A DNA stretch of 64,000 bases from Prorocentrum cordatum (lineage: Eukaryota), in NCBI GenBank assembly GCA_963575745.1, contig CAUYUJ010000160.1:1-64000 (forward strand), in the 5' to 3' direction. The translations under genes and the position numbers were made by a program. Positions 49,497-63,908 of the stretch are shown here, piece after piece. The notes below the pieces were generated by a model. It was not told where the DNA came from, ran no database searches, and saw nothing but the letters and a program-made list of their open reading frames with translations. Each line of letters opens with the position of its first letter. The stretch's first letter is position 1.

Positions 49497-52300
49497 CGGC
49501 TCGCGAGATGCGCCTCTGCGCCTTGAGACCCGGGCTCCTCCAGTTGTCGTCGGACTCGATGACCTCGCCAATATGGGCTTCGAGGGTTGTTGCGTTGGTA
49601 CTCTCGACGATCTAGATCGAAAGTTCATGGATGAACCCGGGCCCTGCTTGGATGATGCGGTGTCTCGACCTCCCCGGCGACTGCTGCTTCCTCCGCCGAC
49701 GCCCCCTTCGAGACCTTCGACCTCCGTGCCGCGCGTGGCCGACCCGCCAGGCCGAGGGGCGGCGTGTGTCTTGGGCCGCATTCGAGCAGAGGATCTCAAT
49801 CAAGAAACAGTGGAAGATCAACCGACCATGACTTGGGCGCAGACATCGCGGGCAATGGTGGACGCGGCCGACAAGGCGCTCGGCCGCGGCAAGTCCTCTC
49901 AACTGTTGGGCAGTCCGTCCATGGGCGAAGCTGCGCTGCGAACGCAAGAGCTCGGGCCAGAGAAAACTGCGGTCTGGGGGGGCGGCAGCGGGCGCGCGCC
50001 GTGGAGGGGGGGCATCAGTTCATGATGGCGCATCGTCAGACTGGCCGTCAACTGTCTCGACTCAAACGCCGCGCTCGGCATCGGCGGGCGGCGCCTGCCA
50101 TGTCGGGCCGCGAGATGTTTGCGGCGGCGAGTGGTTTTGGGACCCTCTTAAGGGGCACCAGAAAGCTCCGAGTTCTCGGCCGCGAGAAGTCGCGAGAGCG
50201 CCGGGGGCAGGTCGCGACTGAGGCGATGATCGAGCGCCTCGAGGGCGTCAGTGGTGCTCCAGGTCACGTTGAAGATGCCGTCCTACAACGTGGTCATCCT
50301 GCTCTCCCCGCGGGCCCGTCGCTCTGTTTGCCCCCGCCAAAGTTGACGCGGTCCGCGATGAGGCGCTGGAGGCGCACTGCCTCGCCAGAGTTGGCGTTTC
50401 CCCTTCGTTCCCTTCCCCCCCTCGCCCCTGTCACTTCCCCCCCCGCCCTCCCCGTCGCCCTCCTTCCCCCCCCCCCCCTCCCCCCCCCTCTTTCCTATCC
50501 TCTTCCCCCTCCACCCCCTCCTCCTTCTCCCTTCCTCTCCCATCTCCCTCCTCCTCCTCCACCTCTCCTCTCCCTCGTCGTCCTTCTGGGTCGGTTAAGC
50601 GATGGTCGGAGGGCGATGCCTCCCCGTCGCAGCGCGGAGGCCGTCTCGGGCCCTCGGGCGCAGCTGCGGCCCGCCACTGGCGAGCCCGAAGCGGGCGAGG
50701 GCCTGCGCAGAGCGGCCGCGGCTCTCGGCGGTTCTGCGGGGGGCTGGGGCGCCGCGGGGGCGAGGGCGACCAGTCCGCTCTGGAGCTCGCCGCGGCGGCG
50801 GTCGCGGGGGGGCAGCGCAGGTCGCATTTCGACCGGACAGTTCGAGTAGGGGATCGGCTGCAGAGTTGGTGTGCCCCGAAATGGATATTGCGATGCATGC
50901 ATTCCATGTTCCGTAGTTCTGCGGAGCATTCTACGGATTTTCGCAAACTTCAATGTTCCGTAGACCTGCTGAGCAGTCTGCACATGTTTTGGGGTATCCG
51001 AGGAACATGCAATTCTGGGATACGCCGATTGCGTAGTCGATCTCCTGGTCGAACAGTGGCCCCGAGAACGCCGCCTCCGCGAGTGCCGCGCCCCGAGCGA
51101 TTGCCCGCGCGGGCGCCGCAGGCGCTGGTCTGGTTCGGCCATCGGATCTGGAGGCGCGGCGAACGCGGCGAGGGCGACGATGCGTTCGCCAAGCCGGTTA
51201 CTCTTTTGCCGTTAGCTTTGGCCAGCTGCCACGCCTGGCTGCCCTGTGGCTCCGGCGCGCGCTGCCCTCTGCGCTTGCCGTGCCGCGGTGCAAGATGGGG
51301 CGCGTCGATCGCGCCCGTCTTGTGCCCGACGCACCTCAGGGCCCCCACTTGTGCGAGGTGGGGGGCGGGCGTCTTCCGGCGCGGGCCGGGAGGGGGCGCG
51401 CGCCCGACCTGGGGCGCCGCCATTGCGGGGCAGCCGTCGCCGCGCCAGATCGCGGCCCCGGCGTCGAGCGGCAGGCCGTTGCGGGGCGCGCCCGGGCGGC
51501 CCGAGGCGCTCGTCGGCCCGCGGCAGACAGTGCCGCAAGAGATTATCGCCGTTGTTCTGGCGCTCGAGCCGTCCTTGGGCGCTTTGCCATGTGGGCGCCG
51601 CAAATCAATGGGGTCGTCTGCGCCGGCATTGGCGCGCGAGCGTCCCGCGCGAGGTCGCGCGCAAGCGCCCTCGCTTCCGCTGGCGTGCGGCGCTGGCGGC
51701 GCGCGTAAGCTGCGGTGTAAGGTCGGTGCGTCATCTCGCGTGAGACCCGTTTCTGATTGTAGCTCATGCGTCGCCGATCGCGCGCCGTTGCTTCGCGTCG
51801 GGCGCCGGCGGATGGGAAGCCCTGGCCGCTGCGCGAATGAGGGCGCGCGGCAGCGGGGTCGCAAGGCCTTGGCCGCCAGAGGCGAGGGAGAAGTGCTGGT
51901 CGAGTGGGCGGCGTCGCGCGCTGGCGAGCGCGCCTGCCCGTTTGTCACCGAACGTTTCCCCTTTCGTTCAGCAGCGACGTTGTCGATGCGTGGGCGGGGG
52001 GGGGGTCGCGGGCGTGCTCGGCGGGCGCCCGCTGCCCTCGCCCTGCAGCCCTCGGCTCGCGCTACGGCGGCGGGCGGCGGCAGGTGTCGATCTGGCCGCT
52101 GCCGCGGGCTTATGCGCGCCCGTCGCCTGTTGTGCTTCAGCGCCGCGACGCGCGCCGGCCCGGCGCCGGCCAGCAACTTTGCTGAGGCGAGCCCCCTCTT
52201 CTGTCAGTCGCGGCCGTTGGCCGGGGCTGATCTGCGACGGGCCCCATCGGTTGCGCCTTGTAAGACTGCGCCGGCGCGCGTGAGAGGGGCGTGGCCGAAA
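47720..52300 (+). mobile_element. Decayed non-LTR retrotransposon: APE/EEP endonuclease, RNase H, linker, weak RT remnants
   Basis: EN: LKVASVNTEG..IAALSE (47723), GDWNERVG (48211), AWGH..WH..GEFV, LSGH. RNase H: YHIFMGGS..AGWG, GAELLINGAGE, GNWRP..NEKLI, KRHSDDPDNDRDD (48775-49220). RT-like remnants at 50881-51620 are weak and the 3' boundary is uncertain. Confidence 0.7.
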
Positions 52301-52361
52301 CGAACCACAGCGCTCCTCTCTCCCCCGCTTCTCTCCTGCCCGCCATGGCCCACCTCCCTCC

Positions 52362-52950
<589 letters not shown>

Positions 52951-52984
52951 TCCTCGTCCCCCCTCCTCCTTCTTCCTCCTCCCC

Positions 52985-54741
52985 TTCCATCAGCATGGTC
53001 ACCATCGCCATCGGCATCATCATCATCACAATCGCCATCAACGCAGCCATCATCAGCATCATGTTATGGTCTCCTCCTCATCATCATCAAAACCGTCATC
53101 ATCATCACCGCCGCCATCATCATCAGCATCATCGCCGTCGTCGCCATCGTCATCATCATCGTCATCGTCATCGTCGTCATCATGGTCGTCAACATCACCA
53201 CCACCATCATCATCCTCGCCCTTAATGCCGCTGTCATCAGCATCGTTTTTGTCATCATCATCAGCATCATTATCCTCACCGTCATCACCCCCGCCAGTAC
53301 CAACACCATCCGCATGACTATCACCATCATCATCATGAGCATCATCAGAATCCTGATCATCATCCGCATCACCACCCTCATCATCACCACCATCATCATC
53401 ACCATCACCGGCATCATTGGCATTTCACCATCAGCATCAGCGTCAGCATCACCATTGTCGTCATTATCCATCATCTTCATCAACATTATCTTGATTATCA
53501 TCACCATCCCCACCATCATCATCACCATCATCATCCTTCTCATCATCATCATCCTCATCATCAACGGCATCACCATCATCGCCATCGCCATCTGCCTCCT
53601 CGTCATCACCATCAGAATGTGCATTGCTATTATGACTAGCATCATCATCATCACCATCCATCATCATCACCACCACCATCACCTTCACATTTCCCTTATC
53701 ATCACGACAATCATCAGCATCTTCTCCCGTCATCACCCCCGCCAGTATCGAATGCAGCTACAACATCACTTCCCCACCATCACCATCATCGTCATCAGCA
53801 TGATCAGTATCACCATCGTCATCAGCATCATCACCATCATCGCCACTACTATCAGCATCATTATCATTGTCATCGACATCATCGGCATTATCACCATCTT
53901 CATCATCAGCACCCATGTGACCAGCATCGTCAGCATCATCGTCGCCATTATCCGTCATCATCCTCGCCATCAGCAATATCACCGGTATCATCAGCATCCT
54001 CACCATCATCATCGCCCTTCCCATCGTCATCAACGGCATCATCATCACCACCTTCATCTCGCCATCCTTCTCTTCCGCCTCATCCCCATGTTTCAGATTC
54101 CTGTCTTTTGACTAGTTGCATTATCAGCATCACCATCAGCATCAGCATTACCATCACCTCCATCACTAGCACCGTTGACTTGTCATCGTCATCATCGTCA
54201 ACGTCAGCATCACCACTATCATCATTACGATCACCACCACCATCACGATCATCATCACCATTAGCATCAGCATAATCATCGCCATGAGCATCATCGTCAA
54301 CTTCGCCATCATCGTCATCTTTATCACCATCATCATCAGCATCTTCACCATGACCATCATTACCAGCATCACCATCGCCATCCTCGTCATCACCATCACC
54401 GTGATTGTGGTTTGCACCATCAGCTGCACAATCACCTTCATCATCACCAGCATCCTCTACATGATCCTTCACCTTACCATCATCATCATCATCGTCGTCA
54501 TCACCATCAGCCTCATCACCATCCTCATCTTCATCGTCATTACCACCACCATCACCACTACCACCACCGTCACCATTACCTTATCAGCATCATCATCAGC
54601 ACCATCACCACCACCATCATCATCATCACCCACATCACCATCGTCACCATTATTAGTACCACTACCATCGTCACCGTCGCCACCATCACGATCACCATCA
54701 CCATCGCCTCCATCATCTTCACAATCATCAGCATCATCATA
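52985..54741. repeat. Degenerate (CAT)n array
   Basis: cat/cac/cgt triplets. Confidence 0.95.
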
Positions 54742-57700
54742 GTGCCTCCCTCGCGAGGAACCTACGCCAAGAGGGGAAATGGAGGCATTTCTCCTGCAGC
54801 GACAACGGCGCAGCCACTCCGCTCTTTATCAGCGCGGACAAGAGCCCCAAGACGCTGCGGCGCGACATCCAGACTAAGAAGCTCGCCGAAGTACTCGGAG
54901 AGCGACGCGAGGGGCATTTCCTCAGGAAGGTGGGCAACGACGGGGCCGTCTCGTGCAACGCCACCCCCATCGTCCGTGTGGAGGTCGGGAACAACGCCTC
55001 TGCTGCCACCCAACTCAGGTGGGGCAGCGCCGCCATCGCCAAGCTCGGGAGTGACAAATACAGCGCCAACAACACCTTCCAGCGCGTATTTCGCGCCACC
55101 GACATAACGTTTTGGCTTATTTAATGGTAGTTGGCACCATTGGCGTATCAACCCGAGCAGTGCAGAGTCAAGCTTGGAGCAATTGGCGTCGCCAGCACGT
55201 CGCCCTTATGTTCAACATCATGCCATTGTCCCTGGTCGGGGCGCAGCGCTTCGAGTCGACTCCGCTGTTGGCCATTACTCTGTGTTGAACGTGAATGTAC
55301 ACAAATGCACAAGTATGAGTTCGCTCCCCATTTCAAACGAATGGTTGCCCATGCTTGGAAGGATGCGGTTGAGTGGAATCAGTGCGGCCCCCATCAACGC
55401 GCGTTCATTTCTTCGGTTAACCTGAACCTTCGTGATGGGGGGCTGCTTAGTTTCAACGAGCCAACCCCGTCGCCGACACCTATACCGTCCGCGTCGACTT
55501 TCCAGCCGAATGAGCTATTTTGGCGTGCGTTCGTCGTCCTGGCCCAGGAGGAGCTGGCTGAAATCCCAACCCGCGTCGACCGCCATCAACGCTCCGCCTC
55601 CGCCATGGGCCTGTCTTGACGCCCGGGTACTCTTCCTACTCGATGCGGCTGTCCGCCAGAATGCGGGCCACGTCCAGCTTGCGAGCTCCCAGGGGAAGCT
55701 CTCCGAGCATGCCGCGCTGCTGCTCAATCGGAACTTCCAGGCGCTAGAAGGCGCCGCGGACCACTGCATCTCTGGTGCGGTGTTCAGCGACGTAAGGTAG
55801 CATGTTATCCTGGAAATGCTCATGTTTGATGCCGACCTGGATCGCTTTCTTCCTGTTCCCAGATGGCAGCAATTGAACGATCTGTTGGCTGTGGTGCACA
55901 AACAAACGCGAGATTAATCGCGCGACTTCCATTTCGTGCTGATGACAAGCGTTCCCGAGGGGGGCGCAACATCACATGAGGCAGTATTTCTCGTGCTGTC
56001 TGGAGGCAAGATGCCAAGTTCGCAGCTCTCATCATGGCCAGTTCGTGCGTGGATGCCGGGCTTCTTCCTTTTCAAGACGAACAGTCTCAGCGTCGGCAGC
56101 CCGATTCTGTCCGCCGTCAATTTCGTTCGCAACGCGCTGCAGAGCGCCAGGCCGACCGCAAGTGTGCCGCGCGCGCAGCGCAACGTGCGCTGCGAGGAAG
56201 GCAACAGCAGGCAGGAGCGGTCTCGGAGGTCCTGATACTCCCGAGGCACCCCGTGGCGGGCCACCATGCTCCAGAGGTCTGGAACGACACCCTCTTCGCC
56301 TTCCTGCCTGAAGGAACTGAGACCAGTGATGACCATGAGTGCCTGCGGAATCCAAACCAAACCTGCCCTCTTTCGATGCGCAACGCGGCTGCTAGGATCC
56401 CAGTCTCGGCGGCCAATCAGTGGCTTAAAGGACTGGTCTGCGCGCGCACTCACCAGGCCCAGCTGGGATTTGTGCCGGGCAGGAATGTTTTTTCATCAGT
56501 TGCCCCAACTTGACGCAGCTGCCCTCTTGGCTAGCACCAGCGAGACAGCTGTTATGCAGGCGCCTGTCTTTGTTCCGTTCGATGTAGCCGCTGTGTTTCC
56601 ATCTGGGCAGCGACTGGCAGTGGGAGGTGCCCTCCCCTTCTTGCGCGCCGTCTGGATGTCTAAAATTGTTTGCGTCAGTGCATTTTGAGCTCCGCAGCTT
56701 TGATCTGCTGCGGGGCGTGGTGCTATCTATGTTCCACTTCTGATCAGCCGCGGCGCAAGGCTGCCCACTTCCAGGCTCGGTGTGGGCCGCCGCGATGGGC
56801 CCGAATTGCACTCCTTTGGTGGCGGAGGTGTCGTCGTCGTCTCCACGGGGGTTGGTCGGAGGAGGCGCGGATGCTACGTGGCTTGTGCAGCCTTGTCTGT
56901 CTGCTTTAGCAAATGTCTGTCCTGGTTTCAGAGGCGCCGAGAGGCTGGCAACATTGCGGCTCCTTCCCATCTCGTTGATCCCTTGTGGTCGAAGGCTAGT
57001 GTCAGCTCGTTTCGGCGCAGAAGCACTGCCCTCTCGGCGCTCAGCTATCGCGCCCTACAGCTTTCATTGCCAATCGTAGACCTGCGCAAAGAAGAAACAT
57101 CGCTCTGCACATAATCCTTCGCATGCCGTCTAGAGTGCGCCGATGGGTTGATTTGTTCTCATCCAAAGCGCGCGGTTTAGTGGCGCGCATCAGAGCTAGT
57201 CATGACTGCAGCAAGCTCGTGGAGATGCGGCTTTCATGCGCTGCGAAGCTGGGGGGGCGCAGTTGCACGAGCGGTCTGAAGCGGCGCCCTTCCAAGTTCC
57301 ACTGGCGCGCTGGGCGCGTGCACAATGGAATGCGCCATGTTGGAGGACAGAACATGGTTTCTTGCTGTTGTTTGTCAGTTGTTCCGTAGTGCCAACCTTT
57401 TCATCCAGTCTTGTTGCGCTCCGTCGCTCTGCGCTGGCGGCGGCCCGTCGCGAACTGACCAGCGCAGCGGGGGGGGGGGCGCAGGAGGGAGGTCCAGCGT
57501 GCGTTTCGTTCTTCGCTGCGCGTCTCACTTTTCCACCTGGATTTGCGAATGCTACGCTGAGCGTCTGTCTGCATGGTGCATTTATGCTTCGAATGCTGGG
57601 GCGGTGTGCGAGCGGTGGGGGTAACGCCGCGCGGTGATCCGCACGATTAAGCCTGTGTGGCCGTGGAGCCTGCGCAAGACCCTCGCAGGAGGGTGGACAT

Positions 57701-58055
57701 CATCACATTGCATCCGTGCCACTGGAGCGACACCGCGTAGTTTTGGCAGCAGAGAGCAGTTCGTCTCATTCCCACACTACCTCTCCTACTCTGAACTCCT
57801 GGCCTTGCCTCTCTCACCTCAACATGAACACTCGGCCCTGGCGCCGACAACGGATGCAACTTCGCATCGTGTGCGCTCTCCCACAGTGCCGCCATGCAAC
57901 TGGGTGTGCCCGCTTTTCGCGCCCATCATAAGCTCAAGGCGACGCTGGTTCACGGAACCGTTGCGTACCTTGTTGAGCATTTCGCCGATGTAGCAGCTGC
58001 CGTGCACGCCACTGACAACTAATCGTGTGGCCAAATTGTTGCCCCCCAGGTACGG
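54742..58055 (+). mobile_element. Decayed LINE-type retrotransposon (EN-RT) with frameshifts and stops
   Basis: EN remnants IVPGR..VLNV, TRVDR, LSEHA. RT motifs TCPLSMRN, QLGFVPGR (about 56460), PFDVAAVFPS (about 56575), QGCPLPGSVW (56756), GADAT (degenerate ADD). Ends in (CAT)n. Confidence 0.8.
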
Positions 58056-58623
58056 TCGATCATCATCATCATCATCATCATCATCGTCATCGTCATCGTC
58101 ATCATCGTCATCATCATCCCCATTCTCCCTCCTCGTCCTCCCTCCCTCTTTCCTTCCTCCTTCCTCATCCCTCCCTCTCTCCTTTCCTACTTTTGCCTCC
58201 GAGCTGTCTCCGTCCTCTCTTCCTGTCTTGTCGTCCTCCTTGACCGCTCTCCCTCGGTCCTTTCTTCCTCCCGCCCCCCCTCCCTGGTTTTCCTCCTCCT
58301 CCTCTTCCTGGTTCTCCCTCTTCCTTCCTTCTATCCTTCTCTCCCTCACACCCTCCCTCGCGCCACCCGTTGCACAGTAGCGACGTCGCGCCCAAGAAGC
58401 GGGAAGGAAGCCCCGCGGTGGCCTTTGTGCGGGAAAAGTTCAGGGCTCCCACGGTCATCCGGGACTGGCTGGCGCCCCCTAGCGACCTGGCGCCGTTGCC
58501 TGTGTCCTCGCCATCTCCTTTGGGGAAGAGGGGGAGAAGGAGGAGGAGAAGGAGGAGGAGGAGAAGGAGGAGGAGGAGGCGGAGGAGGAGGGGGAGGATG
58601 AGGCGGAGGAGGAGGAGGAAGGG

Positions 58624-58645
58624 TCCGTGGCCATTTTGGCTCGGG
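58624..58645 (+). other. Relict dinoflagellate spliced-leader sequence
   Basis: tccgtggccattttggctcggg versus DinoSL tccgtagccattttggctcaag, 19/22 matches. Confidence 0.75.
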
Positions 58646-58686
58646 GCCCGGTCCAGGTGAGGCTGGCCAGGCCTGCCCCGTGAACC

Positions 58687-58751
58687 ATGGGCGACCAGGA
58701 GGCCAGTTACGAGACGTCCGTATCCCACGCCGAGAGCATGGAAACCGCGCG
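58687..58751 (+). CDS. Possible first exon (MGDQEASYETSVSHAESMETAR) of an unidentified gene
   Basis: accATGG 41 nt after the SL relic and a candidate donor cg|gtgcgt. Downstream exons not identified. Confidence 0.3.
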
Positions 58752-60379
58752 GTGCGTTGCGTAGGCCTGCTTATTCTGCGTGCGTTGCGTTGCGATTGCG
58801 CGATGCGTTGCGTGCGTTGCGTCCCGTCAGGAACCCGCATGGCTATTGGAACCGGTGTAATCGACTGAACGTAACAGTGACCTTTCTCCAGAGTGACCTT
58901 TGGAGCGGGCCCATTGGGGCCCCCCGATCGCTGAGCGCGAAGTGGTAGCAACGGCTTGCGTGCCCAGGTTTGGCCACCCCGCGTCTCCCGTTAAGCCGCG
59001 CACCAAAGGTCATTTTTGCCAAGGGTCATTCTTGCGCGTAGCCGATCCGACCGAGGTATAAGATCGAGGTCGTTTCGGGGAGGGTACCCCAGTGTTCTTT
59101 GTGCTTGTTGGATGTTCTTGTGCACCCTGGGGAGGGTACGCTTGGATGTTCTGCTTGTTCTGGCCGATGATGGTCCTGTGTTCTTGAAGGATGTTCTTCT
59201 GGCGCATTTCCGATTGTAATCGCTCCCAGCACCTGAGGTGCCTGTGCAACGGGCAGCACTCTAAGCCAGAACTGGAGGGAGGCCGCTGCCCTCGCGAGGC
59301 TCAGACTTCGAGGATGAGGAGGAGGAGGATGAGGAGGAGCAGGAGGAGGAGGAGGAGGAGGAGGAGCAGGAGGAGGAGCAGGAGGAGGAGCAGGAGGAGG
59401 AGGAGGAGGAGGAGGAGCAGGCCGCCCCTGGACTCTGAGCCAGGACTGGAGGGAGGCCGCTGCCCTTCCCTCCCACCGCCACCGCCGACTCTGGCTCCAG
59501 CCAGCTCGGCGGCATCCAGAGCGACCAGCTCGCGGGCTCCGACGCCACCATCTACAGATCGACGGCGAGCGAGGGGGGGGGGAAATGAGACGGGGCGAGC
59601 CTTCTCAGAAGGCTCGGAAGTCCCTCGGCCTTCTGAGAATTGTTTTCAAGCGTTCCCCGAAGACGCGGGCAGCTTCTCCGAAGGCCCGAGGGTTTCTAAG
59701 AAACCCCGCCGCCTTCCTAAGGGGCCTTCTCCTTCTCACTTACCCCCCTCGCCCGCCGCGAAAGTACGTCGTCATGCAGGTTCCCTCCCGACCCAATCGT
59801 ATTCGGAACCATGACGACGAGCACACGGACCAGTGCGTCGCAGAGGACAGGGCAGCATCACATCTGGCATGTATGACTTCAGGCGGGGGCCTTGCTGGGC
59901 TACTCGCACAGGCGGCGCCACGGTCTTCATCGACGGCAGAGCTTCCACGATGAGAGACTCCGCCGACTCCAACACCGGCCAGCTCGCCGACTCCAGCGCC
60001 TGCCATGACCAGGTCTCTAACTCCCGCTGCGACCAGACCCACGACTCCAGCACCAGGCAACATGTCGTCGATTTCAGCAGCAACCAGCGCCAGGAGGAGG
60101 AGGAGGAGGAGGAGGAGAAGGAAGAGGAAGAGGAAGAGGAAGAGGAAAGGGGAGGAGAAGGCGGTGGAGGAGGAGGAGGACGTTCAGGAGGAAGAGGAGG
60201 AGGAGGAGGAGGAAGAGGAAGAAGACTTATAATTCAACCGCTCGAGTATACCCGCGCGCAAGGGTGGTGGTCCCAAGTGGTGTCGCTGAGTGCGTCACCT
60301 ACTTCCCATCCTCTGGAGGGGCTGTGGCCCGCTTTGGGATGACGCTCCTGAGTTTAGGAGCGGATGGGCTGACAGGCAG

Positions 60380-60732
60380 TGGGGAGGAGGATGAGGATGA
60401 GGATGAGGATGCGGATGCGGATGCGGATGAGGATGAGGATGATGATGATGAGGAAGAGGTTGTTGATGATTATGATGATGATGGTGATGATGATGACGAT
60501 GGTGATGATGATGATGCTGATGATGATGTTGAGGATGATTATGATGATACTGCTGCCGCCGATGATGCTGCTGATGCTGATCATACTGATACTGATAACT
60601 ATACGGATTATGATGCTGATGATGATGCGGATGATGATGAGGATGATGATGATAATGATGATGATGATGATTATGTTGATGATGATGAGGATGATGCTGC
60701 TGCTGCTGATGATGATGATGATGGTGGTGATA

Positions 60733-60801
<69 letters not shown>

Positions 60802-60989
60802 CTGATGATGATGATGATGATGATACCCTCTGCCGCCGATTATGTTGATGATCATGCTGATGATACTGATAATGATACTGATACTGATGATAATGGTGCT
60901 GATGATGCTGATGATGCTGATACTGATAATGATACTGATGATGATGCTCATGATAATGAGGATGATGATGAGGATGATCATGATGATTC

Positions 60990-61032
<43 letters not shown>

Positions 61033-61081
61033 ACTGATGATGAGGATGATGCTGCTGATGATGATGATGATGATGATGGTG

Positions 61082-61152
<71 letters not shown>

Positions 61153-61394
61153 ACTGCTGCAGCCGATGATGATGCTGATGATGCTGATAATACTGATAAG
61201 GATACTGATGCTGATGATCATGCTGATGATGTGATGATGAGGATGTTGATGATGAGGACGATGATGATGATGATGATGATGAGGATGATGGTGATGATGC
61301 TGATTGTGAGGATGAGGATGGTGAGGGTGATTATGCTGCCACCGATGATGCTGATGATGCTGATGATACTGATAATGAAAATTGATACTAACAC

Positions 61395-61441
<47 letters not shown>

Positions 61442-61460
61442 CTTATGATGATGATGATGC

Positions 61461-61500
<40 letters not shown>

Positions 61501-61501
61501 A

Positions 61502-61543
<42 letters not shown>

Positions 61544-61760
61544 CTGATGCTGATGATGATGATGATGATGATGATACTGATGATGCTGATGATGATGATG
61601 ATGATGATGCTGATGATGCTGATGATGACGACGGTGGCGGTGGTGGTGGTGGTGGGGATGATGATGATGTTGATGATGATGATGCCGCTGCTGCTCCTGC
61701 TGCTGCTGATGATTGTGATGATGGTGATGGTGCTGATGATGATGATGATGATGATGATGA
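60380..61760. repeat. Degenerate (GAT)n array with higher-order units
   Basis: Recurrent 'tgccgccgat...atactgataa' variants at about 60554, 60830, 61155 and 61337. Confidence 0.9.
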
Positions 61761-61999
61761 GGAGGAGGAGGAGGAGGAGGAGGAGGAGGAGGAGGACGGA
61801 GGAGGGATGAGGATACGGAGGAGGAGTAGGAGGGTCCGCCCTCGTTGTCTTCCCCCGCATGCAGGCTGGGAAATGTTCCCTTCCCTCAGGCACACGGTAT
61901 GTTCCCTATACCGATGGTTCAACCCCGAGGAACTGTCCAGTGGTGGTTCGCACGCTCGTAGATGTGGAAGCTTGGTCAGTGGCCCTCGTCCTTCGCTCC

Positions 62000-62960
62000 T
62001 TCGCCTCCTCCTCCTCCTCCTTCTCCTTCTCCTCCTCCCTCTTTCTCCTCCTCCTCCTCCCTCCTCCTTCTCCTTCTGCTCATTTTCCGCCTCCTCCTCC
62101 TCCTCGTCCTCCTCCTCCCCCTCCTCCTCCTCCTCCTCAACTTCCTGCTCCTCCTCCTCGTCCTCCTCCTCCTCCCTCGTCCTCGTCCTCCTCCCCCTCA
62201 ATCCTCCATCCTCCATCCTCCTCCTCCTCCGTCTTCCTCCTCCTCCTCCTCCTTCTCCTCATTCGCCTCCTCCTTCTCCTCCTCCTCCTCCTCCTCCTCC
62301 TCTGCCTCCTCCTGCTCTCTCTTCCTTCCCGCGGAAGGCGACGTCAGGCGTGGTTCACAAAGGCAAAGCGGCCCATCCTTAAGCGCTAAGCCCGTGGCAG
62401 TGATGAGATGGGAGATGGGCTGTACTCTTCGGGTTGCTCTGTCTTTGGACTGGCTCCAAGCCGCTGCCTGGAAGACTTCCAATCCCCAAGGTCAGCTCTT
62501 TACGCTGAACAGCTGCTCTTAGCGGTTCGAACTCTTCCAACGCCCGACATCAAGTTTTTTTGGCACCAGCGGACCGCCCCCGAGGTCAGCTGTTTTACCC
62601 CTCTCTCGTCCTTCGCTCTCCATACTATTGCTTCTTCTTATTGTCCTCTCTCGGCGCTCACTCCTCCCCCATCCGCCTTCTTTTCCTTCACAACCTCCTC
62701 TGCCTCCTCCTCCTCCTTCTCCTCCTTTTTATCCTCATCATAATCACCATCACCATCACCAGCACCATCACCACAACCATCTTTATCACCATCCTCCTCA
62801 TCATCTTCATCATCGTCCTCATCACCACAATCATCATCACCATCATCATCATCGTCATCATCATCGTCATCGTCATCGTCATCATCATCACCAGCATCAT
62901 CAGCATCACCAGCATCATCATCAGCATCATCATCAGTTCCATCATCATTTCCAGCATTAC

Positions 62961-62998
<38 letters not shown>

Positions 62999-63065
62999 CC
63001 ATCCTCCTCCTCCACGTCCTCATCCTCGTCGTCCTCCTCCTCCTCCTCCTCCTCCTCCTCCTCTC
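62000..63065. repeat. (CCT)n and (CAT)n arrays with a short unique spacer
   Basis: Direct observation. Confidence 0.85.
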
Positions 63066-63439
63066 GCCTTCACCGTCCAGCCGATCCCTGTGCCAGCGTG
63101 GCGCGGGCCGCGGACAATTGACGACTGAGCCCAGAAGTGCTGGGTATCGGCTGTAGGGCAGCCGGGCCTCTGCTCGTTGGCCGCCGCGAAGCGCCCTTCT
63201 CTGGCGAAGCCCCTGGGTGCTGGAACGGCTGGCTTGGTGGCACGGGGGTGGGCGACGGCGTAGCGGCGGCAGCGACGGCCGTGGCAGCGACCAGCATGCC
63301 GATGTTGCCAGCTGATGTCCATCTATTCGGCGTGGAGGAGGGTGGAAGCAGAGGATGAAGGCCATGAAGGGGAGGCAGAGGATGGTGGAGCAGGAGGTGA
63401 GGAGGGAGCTTGGACGAATGAAGGTGGAGGGGGTGGAGT

Positions 63440-63870
63440 TGGGGTGATGATGACGATGACAATGCCGATGCCGACGACGATGGCGACGACGACGACGCCG
63501 ACGCCTACGCCGATGTCGACATCGACGCCGACACCGACGCTGACGCCGACGCCGACGCCGACGCCGACGACGACGAGGACTACGACGACGATGGTGATGA
63601 TGGTGGTCGTGATGATGATGATGATGATGTTGATGATGAGGATGAGGAGGATGAGGATGATGACGAGGGTGAGGATGAGGATGATTGTGATGATGAGGTG
63701 GAGGGCGAGGAGCAGCAGTAGTGTGCTGCTAATGGTGATGATGAGGATGATGATGATGATGATGATTATGGTGATGATGATCATGGTGACGAGTACGACA
63801 ATGGTGATGTTGATGGTGACGGTGATGATGATGCTGATGCTGATGATGATGACGGTGGTGATGGTGATGG

Positions 63871-63908
<38 letters not shown>

